Origin: an uncultured Spirochaetota bacterium
GTDB lineage: Bacteria > Spirochaetota > Spirochaetia > SZUA-6 > Fen-1364
NCBI GenBank assembly: GCA_963820525.1
Contig: CAWGAA010000003.1
Location: 1-64,000, forward strand
Length of the DNA: 64,000 nucleotides
Direction: 5' to 3'
The notes under the pieces are model-generated. The model was not told the origin of the DNA. It made no database searches and saw nothing but the letters and a program-made list of their open reading frames with translations. Made by a program: the position numbers and the translations under genes. Positions 1 through 10,240 of the stretch are shown here, in pieces (positions within the stretch are counted from its first letter, which is position 1; every line of letters begins with the position of its first letter).

Positions 1-600
1 ACAGCGCAAGGGGATCGTCATCGCCGCCTATGAGGCTGGAAGCATGGGATTCGATCTCGCCAGGGTTCTCTCCGACATGACGATTCAGTGCGTCGTCGCC
101 GCACCGGGGAGGATCGCTCGTCAACCTGCGGAACGGGTCAAGACCGATCGGCGAGATGCGCTGATGATCGCTAAACTTCTCAGGAACTCGCAGCTTGAGG
201 CGGTCCACGTTCCTACCCCTGAAGATGAAGCGGTGAGGGACTACCTCAGAGCTCGGGCCGATCTCAAGCTCGACTACACGCGTACCAAACAGCGGCTGTC
301 GAAGTTCCTCCTGCGTCACGGCTACCTCTACCAAGGGAGCCCGTGGACGCAACGCCACATGGAGTGGATGAAGGGTATCGAGTTTCCCCAGCCCATGTTG
401 GCGGATACCTTCGAGCGCTACCTGGGGACCCTCCTCACTCAGAAGGAACAGCTCAAAGCGATGGATGCCCAAATCGAATCCTTGGCAACGGGTCCGCGCT
501 ACGCCGCGGCGGTGGTGAGACTGCGGTGTCTGAAAGGCATCGACTATCTGACGGCGCTCAGCCTTGTCTGTGAGGTGGGAGACTTCCGCCGATTCGAAAG
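1..600 (+). pseudogene. IS110 recombinase/transposase, 5' part (DEDD RuvC-like domain and coiled coil), interrupted
   Basis: Motifs AYEAG, RVKTDRRDA and LKGIDYLTALSLVCEVGDFRRF. The reading frame runs into the IS256 terminus after 600. Confidence 0.9.
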
Positions 601-2218
601 GGGATATTGTCAATTCTTGTGGATCAGGATTGCGAGCGTATCCCACGATGATTTCGAAACTGCTGTTGACCCCTATGCCCTCCTTTCCTCGAGACTGGGC
701 GCCGTAGAGGGGGTGTCCAGATACCACCTCGCCTTCGAAAACGCGTTGTAGGCCCACCACGACGCACGTTTTTTCGGTCGATGGCTCGTCGAACACCCCC
801 AAGACGATTTGCAGCCTCCTGTTCGCCGCCGATCTTCCCAGCCCCGGGTGGCTGACGGAGGCCGTTACGCGGCCTGCTCCTTGAGCTCTCCGTCGATGAA
901 GCGTTTGCCCTCCAGTACCATCGGGATCCACTTCGCCCCGTCCAGGCACCGCCAGCTCTTCTCCGCCTCCTGGCAGAGCTTGAACACCATCGACAAGGTG
1001 GCCGCCCGCGATCCGCACCCCTTGGTCTTCGCCGTGCGCAACCTCACCGTCGCGAACGTCGACTCGATCGGGTTGGTCGTTCGAATGTGAATCCAGTGCG
1101 CCGCGGGAAACTCGTAGAACGTGAACAGCGCCTGCTCGTCCTTCTCCAGGCATTCCACCGCCTTGGGGTACTTGTCCTTGAAGCTGGCGATGAACAGCCC
1201 ATACGCTTTCAGCGCCGCCTCCTTCGTCTCGGCCTGGTACATCTCGTGCAGCATCGCCTTGGCCTTCGACTGCACCCCCTTGGGCAGCTTGTCCAGAACG
1301 TTGGCCGTCTTGTGCACCCAGCAGCGTTGATGCTTCATCCCCGGGAATACCTCCTCCGCCGCTGCCCAGAATCCCAGCGCCCCGTCACCAATGGCCAGTT
1401 TTCCCGCCATTTTCAGCCCCCGGGCCTTCAGGTCCAGCAGCATCTCCCGCCAGCTGGCCTTGCTCTCGCGATATCCGTCGCTGACGGCCACCAACTCCTT
1501 CTTGCCCTCCCGTGTGGCCCCGATGAGGACCAGCAGACAACTGCGCTCGTCATCCAGACGCACGTTGACGTAGATCCCGTCCGCCCACAGGTACACGTAC
1601 TCCTTGTCCTCCAGGCTGCGGCTGCTCCACTGCGTGTGCTCCTCCAGCCACCCTTCCTTCAGCCGCGTGATCGTCGAGGCCGACAGCCCCTTGGCCCCTT
1701 CGCCCAGGATCGCCGCCAGGGCCTCGCTGAAGTCCCCCGTGGAGATGCCCTTCAGGTACAGCACCGGGATCAACCCCTCCAGGCTCGGCATCTTGCGCAT
1801 GAAGCGCGGCAGGATCGCGCTGGAGAACCGCTCGCCCCCTTCGATGTCGCGAAGCCCGCGGTCGTCCACGCGCGGCTGACGGATCGGCAGCGGCCCGATG
1901 CCGCTGAGGATGGTCCGCTGGGGCATGTAGCCGTTGCGCACCGCCTTCCGGTGGCCTTTCTCGTCTCGGAAGTGCGTGAACCTCTGCAGGAACTGGTTGA
2001 CTTCTTCCTCCAGGGCCGCCTGCAGGGCGCTGCGCGCGCCCGCGCGGACCAGCTGCTCCAGCAGATCCTGGGAATTGCCCTCTTCGATCTTCAGCCCGGA
2101 TGTGATACCTTCGTCCATGAGCGTGTCCTCCAATCGGTGATTCCTTGGTGGTGCTTGGTTTCACCGAAGGATACGCTCTTTTTATTCCCTGTCCATCCAC
2201 AAGATTCGGTTATATCCC
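601..2218 (-). mobile_element. IS256-family insertion sequence, complete
   Basis: Imperfect 24-bp terminal IRs: GGGATATTGTCAATTCTTGTGGAT at 601 versus the reverse complement of 2195-2218, GGGATATAACCGAATCTTGTGGAT (19/24 identical). 9-bp direct repeat ATTCGAAAG at 592-600 and 2219-2227. Confidence 0.95.
865..2133 (-). CDS. IS256 (mutator-type) DDE transposase
   Basis: Motifs RNGY, YLWADGIY, IGDGALGF, HQRCWVHK and IRTTNPIES. Confidence 0.95.
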   Translation of the reverse strand: MEDTLMDEGITSGLKIEEGNSQDLLEQLVRAGARSALQAALEEEVNQFLQRFTHFRDEKGHRKAVRNGYMPQRTILSGIGPLPIRQPRVDDRGLRDIEGGERFSSAILPRFMRKMPSLEGLIPVLYLKGISTGDFSEALAAILGEGAKGLSASTITRLKEGWLEEHTQWSSRSLEDKEYVYLWADGIYVNVRLDDERSCLLVLIGATREGKKELVAVSDGYRESKASWREMLLDLKARGLKMAGKLAIGDGALGFWAAAEEVFPGMKHQRCWVHKTANVLDKLPKGVQSKAKAMLHEMYQAETKEAALKAYGLFIASFKDKYPKAVECLEKDEQALFTFYEFPAAHWIHIRTTNPIESTFATVRLRTAKTKGCGSRAATLSMVFKLCQEAEKSWRCLDGAKWIPMVLEGKRFIDGELKEQAA

Positions 2219-2580
2219 ATTCGAAAGAGCCGAGCAGTTCATGGGATTCCTTGGGATCGTCCCCTCTGAACGGACCAGTGGCCCCAAGCGCCGCCAGGGA
2301 GGGATCACCAAGGCGGGCAACGTTCACCTGCGAGAAGCTCTTGGTGGAAGCCGCGTGGCATTATCGCTACCACGCCTGCGCTTCCAAGAGACTTATCGAG
2401 AGGCGTAGCGGACAGAAGGCCGAGGTGGTCGCGTATGCCGAACGGGCAAGGGAGAGGCTGCAGAAGAAGTTCGCCCGTCTTGTGCATGGAAAGGCCAAGA
2501 AGAGCCAGGTGGCGGTGACCGCGGTGGCTCGCGAGCTTGCCGGCTTCGTGTGGGGTCTCATGGTGGGGAAGGTTGCCTAG
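2219..2580 (+). pseudogene. IS110 recombinase, 3' part (Tnp domain), with a 1-bp frameshift near 2333
   Basis: FLGIVPSERTSG...GITKAGNVHLR in one frame, then KLLVEAAWHY...AVARELAGFVW in another frame. Confidence 0.9.
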
Positions 2581-2604
2581 ACATCCCGGGTGCGTGAAGG
2601 AGAG

Positions 2605-2810
2605 CCTTCGGGTACAGAGATGGAGAGAGAACGCCGCACGGTAAAGGAGAATCCTCGGCCTAACTGTAAGGCACCCTGTAATAGGGCGATCCTTGTGTGC
2701 AGAATGAGGCAGCTCCCGATGAATCCAATGTCATGCGTTAACCAATACGCGAATATTAGTCTGATCAATCGTCGCGGTTCCGGCTCTCTCTCCTTCCCTG
2801 TACCCGGAGG
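2605..2810 (+). ncRNA. Putative IS110 bridge/seek RNA
   Basis: Closing stem 2605-2630/2785-2810 (24 of 26 positions pair, counting G-U) encloses two internal-loop hairpins. The loop sequences match the target flank (CCTAACT) and the element right end (ATATTAG). Confidence 0.7.
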
Positions 2811-2870
2811 ATAGAATATGGTAGAAAGAAAAAGCGATTCGAGCAGGGTACGTCGGTCACATCATATTAG

Positions 2871-3170
2871 TTAGGATTCGTGCACTGGATCCTTGCCACG
2901 CCCCTGGTGTAGTTCCCGCAGTCCAGGAAACGCCGGACTACCCTGCGGATCCTCTCCAGGCGGATCCGTCCCAGGCGGCGGGCGTAGTCCGCTTCGTAGC
3001 GCGCGCAAAATTCGGCGAAGTGCCTCTGAAATAAACTTTGGAGCGTACTGGCGCCCCGCTGCCGATAGGTGCAGGGTGACGCCGTCTCCAGAGCAAAGGC
3101 CAGCTGATCTGCCACACAGGGAGCCAACGGCCCCAGAAACGCCGCGCTTGCCTTGTGGGCGTCATCACCT
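2871..3170 (-). pseudogene. IS91-like transposase, N-terminal zinc-binding fragment, cut by the IS110
   Basis: YRQRGASTLQSLF...FLDCGNYTRGVARIQCTNPN aligns by eye with 47903-48637 (YRQRGTSSLQSLF...FLECGDYTKGIARIQCTNPRC). Confidence 0.85.
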
Positions 3171-3252
3171 CACCTTAGCTGTTACATTATCTGTAATATT
3201 ATTTTTTTCGCACTCCCTACAAGCCATTGCAAGTCCCTGTAAGTTCAAAGAC

Positions 3253-3450
3253 ATGTTCGACAAGGATTTCTACCTCAACCTGGTGAACCTGGAGTATCGA
3301 AACGAGCTGGAAAAGCCGAAGTTCGACCCCACCCGGCCGGCCAGGTACTTCGCGGAGAACAGCGCTTCCCTGGCTGAAGAGATATCCGCGACCACACTCG
3401 CCAGCTTCGAAAAGATGTTCAAGACCTTCAACGCTTTCTGCGCGCCGTAG
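3253..3450 (+). CDS. Short hypothetical ORF, probably a C-terminal gene remnant
   Basis: Coding-like composition (MFDKDFYLNLVN...RPARYFAEN...FEKMFK) but no clear RBS. Confidence 0.35.
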   Translation: MFDKDFYLNLVNLEYRNELEKPKFDPTRPARYFAENSASLAEEISATTLASFEKMFKTFNAFCAP

Positions 3451-3517
3451 TCGTTCGGATCGCCGCAGGCACCGGCGCGGCAATCTTGCCGCGCGCCTCT
3501 TCCCGCGGGCGTGCCCG

Positions 3518-6196
3518 CTACGCCTCCGGCGCTGAAACCGAGGGCTGCTCCGCGTCCGGCATCAGGCCATCCTTCTCCACCCGCGCGGTTTCTTTCTTGT
3601 GCGCGCGCTCACGCGGCCGATCAGCCGGCCCTGCCGCGGTATAGTCCGCCTCGAAGAGAATGCCCAGGGCGTCCAGCACCGAGTCGGCGAACATGAAGGT
3701 CAGGCTCGAGAAAACCTCGTTGGGAATCTCCTCCAGGTCCTTCTCGTTCTGCCGGGGAAGCAGGACGTGGGTCATCTTGTAGCGGTGCGCGGCAAGGACC
3801 TTCTCCTTCACGCCGCCGATGGGCAGCAGCCTTCCCGTGAGCGTGATCTCCCCCGTCATGGCGAAACCGCTCCGGCAGGGAACTTTCTTGACCGCGGAGA
3901 GGAGGGCCGTCGTGAGGGTGATGCCCGCAGAAGGACCGTCCTTCGGGATGGCCCCCTCGGGAACGTGGATGTGGATGTCACGCTCCTTGTTGAAATCTGC
4001 CGGGATGCCCAGCCGCTCATAGTTGGCGCGGAGGAACGAGAGGGCCGCCTGCGCGCTCTCCTTCATCACGTCTCCCAGGCTTCCCGTAAGCATCAGGTCG
4101 CCCTTTCCCGAAAGGATGGCAACCTCAACGGGGAGGAGCTGGCCGCCCAGCTCGGTCCACGCAAGACCGTACGCAAGGCCGGGCTTGTCCTCCCGCGAGA
4201 AGAGGGGATCTATGAACTTCTCCTTGCCCAGGAACTTGTCGACGTTGCGGTTGGTGATGACGAAACGGAACGGCGCCGGCGCCTCTCGTGAAGGCGTCGA
4301 GCGGGAAGCGTCGGCGGAGGGCTGCCCGGCAAAAGCGGGCTCTCCCACGGGGGCGGTTTCGCCGGCGGCGTCTGCCGCTGGCTCGGCGGCATCTGCCGCG
4401 GGCTCGGTGGTGTCTACCGAGGACTCGGCGGCCGGCGCGCCCGAAGGCGAGTCGCCGGTGCTTTTCGCGCCCTCCGTTGCCGCGATAGGCTCGGAGGCGG
4501 GCGGCATCAGGCCGCGCTTCACCGCCTCGCGGGCGATCTTTCGGAGCACGTTAGCGATCTCCCTCTCGAGGTTCCTCACCCCCGCTTCCAGGGTGTAGTT
4601 TCTGATCATCTTCAGAAGCGCTGAACGATGGAAGCGGATATCGGCCCAGTCGAGGCCGTTCTCGGCCATCTGCTTGGGAACCAGGAATTTCTCGGCGATC
4701 TTCTCCTTCTCGATCTCGGTATAGCTCGAGATCTCGATCACCTCCATCCTGTCCCGAAGCGGATAGGGTATGTTGTGCACCGAGTTGGCGGTGGTGATGA
4801 ACATGACGTCGGAGAGGTCGTAGGGGACCTCGAGATAGTGATCGAGGAACGTGGAGTTCTGCTCGGGGTCCAGCACCTCCAGGAGCGCCGCCGTGGGATC
4901 TCCCCGCCAGTCGGAGCTCATCTTGTCCACCTCGTCAAGGAGAAACACGGGATTCACCGTCCCCGCCTTCCGCATGGACTGGATGATCTTTCCCGGAAGC
5001 GCGCCGACGTAGGTCTTCCTGTGTCCGCGGATCTCGGCCTCGTCACGCACCCCGCCCAGAGATACCCGCACGAACTGCCTTCCCAGGGAGCGCGCCACGG
5101 ACCTTCCCAGGGAGGTCTTTCCCGTCCCCGGCGGCCCAATGAAGCAGAGGATGGGCCCCTTCACCTTGCTCTTGAGCTGCCGCACGGCGATGAAATCGAG
5201 AATCCGCTCCTTGACCTTTTTCAGGTCGTAGTGGTCCTCGTCGAGGATTGTGCGGGCACGCTCGATGTCCCGGTTGTCGGCGCTGGTCTCCTTCCAGGGA
5301 AGGTCCGCGATCCACTCGAGGTAGGTGCGAAGCACGGCGGATTCCGGAGACAGGGCCTGCATCCTGCTCAAGCGCTTGAGCTCCTTCTGGCACTTCTCCG
5401 ACACTTCGGTGGGAAGGCCCTTTGCCTTCAGCTTCTCCTCCAGCTCCCGTGCGCCCGTGGGATCGTCACCCTCGGATCCCAGCTCCCGCTGGATCTCCTT
5501 GAGCTGTTCGTTGAGGAAATAGTCCTTCTGGGACTTCTCCATCTTCCTGCGGACCTTGTTCGTGATCTCCTGCTCCAGGGCCATGACCTCGATCTCCGAG
5601 GCCACCACGGCGACGCACCGCTCCAGCCTTTCCACCGAATCCTCGATGGAGAGAAGCTCGAGCTTCCTCTCGGATTTCAGCGGGAGGTTTCCCGCGATCA
5701 GGTCCACCAGCATGTCCGGCGCGTCCGCGCTCTCTATGGCCGCGGCGATCTCGGGCGGCACCTTCTTGTAGAGGGCATTGTAGCGGGCGAAATGGTCCAC
5801 GGCGCTGCGCATGAGGGCGGCCATCCGCGGGCCGGTCTCATGCGATTCCTTGATGGGCCGCACCACGACGCGGAAGGCGTCCTTGGTCTCGGTGTGACGG
5901 GCGATGACGGCCCTCTCGATGCCCTCCACGAGGAGCCGGATCTTGCCGTCGGGCAGCTTCAGCGACTGTAGTATCCGGGCAACCGTGCCCACCGCATGCA
6001 CGTCGCGCTCGCCCGGCTCGTCAACCGTCGTCTTTTTCTGCGTCACGAGGAAGATGAGCCGGCCCTGGTTCATTGCCTCGGTGACGCTGGCAAGCGAGCG
6101 CTTGCGGCCCACGAAGAACGGCGACACCATGCGGGGAAAAACGACGATGTCCCGCAGGGGGACCATGTAGTATTCGTGCTTCTTGAGGATCTTCAT
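3518..6196 (-). CDS. lon: ATP-dependent protease La (LonA) with a low-complexity insertion
   Basis: LON N-domain, Walker A GPPGTGKT, LLDEVDK, catalytic PKDGPSAG and GGVKEK. Confidence 0.97.
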   Translation of the reverse strand: MKILKKHEYYMVPLRDIVVFPRMVSPFFVGRKRSLASVTEAMNQGRLIFLVTQKKTTVDEPGERDVHAVGTVARILQSLKLPDGKIRLLVEGIERAVIARHTETKDAFRVVVRPIKESHETGPRMAALMRSAVDHFARYNALYKKVPPEIAAAIESADAPDMLVDLIAGNLPLKSERKLELLSIEDSVERLERCVAVVASEIEVMALEQEITNKVRRKMEKSQKDYFLNEQLKEIQRELGSEGDDPTGARELEEKLKAKGLPTEVSEKCQKELKRLSRMQALSPESAVLRTYLEWIADLPWKETSADNRDIERARTILDEDHYDLKKVKERILDFIAVRQLKSKVKGPILCFIGPPGTGKTSLGRSVARSLGRQFVRVSLGGVRDEAEIRGHRKTYVGALPGKIIQSMRKAGTVNPVFLLDEVDKMSSDWRGDPTAALLEVLDPEQNSTFLDHYLEVPYDLSDVMFITTANSVHNIPYPLRDRMEVIEISSYTEIEKEKIAEKFLVPKQMAENGLDWADIRFHRSALLKMIRNYTLEAGVRNLEREIANVLRKIAREAVKRGLMPPASEPIAATEGAKSTGDSPSGAPAAESSVDTTEPAADAAEPAADAAGETAPVGEPAFAGQPSADASRSTPSREAPAPFRFVITNRNVDKFLGKEKFIDPLFSREDKPGLAYGLAWTELGGQLLPVEVAILSGKGDLMLTGSLGDVMKESAQAALSFLRANYERLGIPADFNKERDIHIHVPEGAIPKDGPSAGITLTTALLSAVKKVPCRSGFAMTGEITLTGRLLPIGGVKEKVLAAHRYKMTHVLLPRQNEKDLEEIPNEVFSSLTFMFADSVLDALGILFEADYTAAGPADRPRERAHKKETARVEKDGLMPDAEQPSVSAPEA

Positions 6197-6229
6197 GCCT
6201 GCTTGTGCTCGACCGTGCCGGCCCCGGCG

Positions 6230-7460
<1,231 letters not shown>

Positions 7461-7483
<23 letters not shown>

Positions 7484-8081
7484 TCTTGCTCCGCCTCAGG
7501 ATCTTGTCGATGAGGCCGTACTCGAGGGCCTCGTCGGAAGACATATAATAGTCCCTCTCCAGATCTTTCTCAACCGTCTCGGGCTTGCGCCCCGTATGCT
7601 CGCCGAAGTAGGAGACGATGAGCTTCTTGATCCGGATGAGCTCGCGCGCCTGGATCGAAATGTCGACGGCCTGGCCGGACACGCCGCCCCAGGGCTGGTG
7701 GATGAGGATGCGCGAAGAGGGGAGCGCCACGCGCTTGCCGTGGGTTCCGCAGGCCAGGAGAAGGGCCCCCATCGAGGCGGCCTGCCCGAGGCAGATGGTC
7801 TGGACGTTGGGCTTGATGTACTGGATCGTGTCGTAGATGGCAAGCCCTGCCGTCACGGTGCCGCCGGGCGAGTTGATGTAGATGTGGATGTCCTTCTCCG
7901 GGTCCTGGGATTCGAGGAAGAGGAGCTGCGCCACGACGAGGTCCGCGTTCACGTCGTAGATCTCTCCGTCGACGAACACGATTCTGTCCTTCAGCAGGCG
8001 CGAGTAGATGTCGTACGAGCGCTCGCCGCGCCCGGTCTGTTCGATGACTATGGGAACGAGATTCGTGTCCATCTCAGCCAT
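7461..8081 (-). CDS. clpP: ClpP protease proteolytic subunit
   Basis: [25 protein letters not shown] and IHQPWGG. The ATG at 8081 has a GAGGAG RBS. Confidence 0.97.
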
Positions 8082-8115
8082 GAGATCTCTCCTCATCCTT
8101 TCTGCCCTAGTGTAC

Positions 8116-9465
8116 TCAATTTCCCGCAAGGATGTCCAATACCTTCTTGCTCCCGGCCTTTCGGATGGAGGTCTTCGAAAGCACGTAATCGTAGAGCTTG
8201 TCGACCTTGAGGTTGCTCTTCATGTAGCCGATGAGGTTCTGCTTGGAGAGGCTCTCCCGCAGCTCCCCCGCCTCCACCTGCCGCGACTCGGCCATGCGGG
8301 CGATCTCCGCGTCCATCTCCGCCTCGTCGATCTCGATGCTCTCCCGCTTTCCGATCTCCGAGATGACCAGTTGGAGCCTTGCCCTCTTCTCCGCGGCGGG
8401 CATCCAGTCCTTCCTGATGTCCTCGACGCTCTTTCCCTGACGCTCCAGGAGCTGGAGCAGCGTTTTCTCTTCGATGCGAAGCCGGCTCATGTAGTCCTCC
8501 CACATGAGGCCGAGCTGGTATTCCACCAGGGACTTGGGCAGGGGAATGGTCGAGCTCTCCACCACGCGGTCCAGAACCGTGTTGAGGGCTCGCGAGCGAA
8601 GCGCCCCCTTCACGGCATCTTCCAGCTTCCTGGTGATGTCCTTTTTCAGATCTTCGAGCGTCTGGAACTTGTCGCTGATGTCCTGGGCAAGCTCGTCGTT
8701 GATTTCGGGAAGCTTCTTCTCCTTGATGGTGTTGAGCGTGACCTTCAGGGAGACCGACTTTCCGGCGAGCTCCTTGTTCTCGAAGTCCTCGGGGTAGCTC
8801 TTGGGGAAGGTCTTCATCTCCGCCGTTTTCATTCCGACGATCTCCTCGTCGATCTTGTAGAAGTTGTATCCTGTGCCCACCTCGAACACGAATGCCTCGC
8901 GCTTGGTGCCGGGCTTTTCCGCGCCCGCCTCGTCGAGCTCCATGTAGTCGATATTGGCGATATCGCCCATCTCGACGGCCCCACCTTGTTTATCGGTGAA
9001 CATCGCGTTCTGGCCCTGAATTTCCTTGAGCTCCCTGCCGATGTCCTCCTCGCCGATCTGCCACTCCGGCTCCTCCACCTCGATTCCCGTGTACGGGCCG
9101 AGCTCCACCTTGGGGTAGGTGTCGTAGACAAGCTCGAAGGCGAAGTCCTTGCCGATCTCCAGGGCGCCTTCGGCTTTCACGTCGGGGCTGTCGTAGGGCA
9201 GCGGTTTCTGCTCCAGGGAGGGGAGGATCTCGGTGATGGTCTTCTCGAGGACCTGGGCGCGCGTCTCGTCCACGAGGGTCGGGCCGAGCTTCCTGATGAG
9301 CACATCGGGCGGGACCTTTCCCTTTCGAAATCCGGGAATGCGCACCGTGGCGCAGTATTCCTTGACGAGCGTGTCGTATTCCTTTTTGATCTCGTCTCCC
9401 GGGACGCTGATCTTCACCTTGACCTGGGAGTTCTCCAGAAGCTCGATTTCCTTGGTCGCGTTCAC
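8116..9465 (-). CDS. tig: Trigger factor
   Basis: [10 protein letters not shown] ribosome-binding signature, FKBP-like middle domain, upstream of clpP. Confidence 0.96.
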   Translation of the reverse strand: MNATKEIELLENSQVKVKISVPGDEIKKEYDTLVKEYCATVRIPGFRKGKVPPDVLIRKLGPTLVDETRAQVLEKTITEILPSLEQKPLPYDSPDVKAEGALEIGKDFAFELVYDTYPKVELGPYTGIEVEEPEWQIGEEDIGRELKEIQGQNAMFTDKQGGAVEMGDIANIDYMELDEAGAEKPGTKREAFVFEVGTGYNFYKIDEEIVGMKTAEMKTFPKSYPEDFENKELAGKSVSLKVTLNTIKEKKLPEINDELAQDISDKFQTLEDLKKDITRKLEDAVKGALRSRALNTVLDRVVESSTIPLPKSLVEYQLGLMWEDYMSRLRIEEKTLLQLLERQGKSVEDIRKDWMPAAEKRARLQLVISEIGKRESIEIDEAEMDAEIARMAESRQVEAGELRESLSKQNLIGYMKSNLKVDKLYDYVLSKTSIRKAGSKKVLDILAGN

Positions 9466-9499
9466 CTGATTTCCTCTTTCCGGTGTGGGATGCGAATCG

Positions 9500-9537
9500 A
9501 AAGAAAAAGGCGACCGGGAAACGTCCCAGATCGCCTT
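9500..9537 (-). terminator. Intrinsic terminator-like hairpin after the tRNA genes
   Basis: Minus strand reads AGGCGA-TCTGGGACGTTTCCCGG-TCGCCT followed by TTTTCTTT. Confidence 0.6.
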
Positions 9538-9544
9538 CGCCGTG

Positions 9545-9617
9545 AGCGGGAAACGGGACTTGAACCCGCGACATCCACCTTGGCAAGGTGGAGCTCTACC
9601 AACTGAGCTATTCCCGC
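9545..9617 (-). tRNA. tRNA-Gly(GCC)
   Basis: GCGGGAATAGCTCAGTTGGTAGAGC...TTGCCAA...GGTTCAAGTCC...CCCGCT cloverleaf. Confidence 0.97.
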
Positions 9618-9631
9618 AGGGCCTCTCCCAA

Positions 9632-9715
9632 TGCGAGAGAAGGGATTTGAACCCTTACGCCTTTGGGGCACCAGATCCTAAGTCTGGCGTGTCTGCCAAA
9701 TTGCACCACTCTCGC
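9632..9715 (-). tRNA. tRNA-Leu(TAG)
   Basis: GCGAGAGTGGTGCAATTTGGCAGAC..., anticodon loop CTTAGGA, long variable arm, GGTTCAAATCC. Confidence 0.95.
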
Positions 9716-9720
9716 TTGGT

Positions 9721-9749
9721 ATAGTAGCAAGCCGGAGGGTCAAAGTCAA
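9721..9749 (-). promoter_or_regulatory. sigma70-type promoter for tRNA-Leu/Gly
   Basis: TTGACT-17 bp-TACTAT, 5 bp before tRNA-Leu. Confidence 0.65.
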
Positions 9750-9806
9750 CTGTCGGCGCTCGGCGCGCGCCGATACTCGCTTCAGCCCTCACGCTCGCCG
9801 CCGTCT

Positions 9807-9879
9807 TGAGCCGCGCAGGACTCGAACCTGCGACCCGAAGATTAAGAGTCTTCTGCTCTACCAACTGAGCTAGCGGCCC
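9807..9879 (-). tRNA. tRNA-Lys(CTT)
   Basis: GGGCCGCTAGCTCAGTTGGTAGAGC..., anticodon loop CTCTTAA, GGTTCGAGTCC. Confidence 0.97.
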
Positions 9880-9891
9880 GTATCACACAAT

Positions 9892-9965
<74 letters not shown>

Positions 9966-9999
9966 AACGCACAGCGAGCAACCACCCAACCTCACGACG

Positions 10000-10073
10000 G
10001 GTGGGTGATGGGTCTCGAACCCACAACTTCCAGATCCACAGTCTGGTGCTCTGCCAATTGAACTACACCCACC
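10000..10073 (-). tRNA. tRNA-His(GTG)
   Basis: G(-1)GTGGGTGTAGTTCAATTGGCAGAGC..., anticodon loop CTGTGGA, C discriminator. Confidence 0.96.
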
Positions 10074-10084
10074 GTGCGAGGCCA

Positions 10085-10214
10085 AATATGCACAGAGGAG
10101 CCGAGTTTTGTCAATACTGAGGCCTGAGCGGTGCCTTTTACAAGCCGCGGCAGCCCTGGCCAGGCGTCTCGAAGAAACTTCCGACTTGACTTTCACCCAC
10201 CCCCTGCCTATACC
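10085..10214. promoter_or_regulatory. Divergent sigma70-type promoters (tRNA cluster / malic enzyme)
   Basis: Minus strand: TTGACA(10114-10109)-18 bp-CATATT. Plus strand: TTGACT(10186)-17 bp-TATACC(10209). Confidence 0.55.
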
Positions 10215-10240
10215 TGTCGTGCTTCCCAGGAGGCAGCACG

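Larger units (their letters stand above)
1..2870 (+). mobile_element. IS110-family element (left end outside window), interrupted by IS256; right end ...ACATCATATTAG
   Basis: IS110 recombinase pieces at 1-600 and 2219-2580, followed by a ~290-bp structured 3' non-coding region. The sequence switches abruptly at 2870/2871 to an IS91-like transposase fragment. Confidence 0.85.

Noticed and set aside
1087..2580. 497-aa plus-strand ORF
   Set aside because: It is the antisense shadow of the IS256 transposase joined to the frameshifted IS110 tail.
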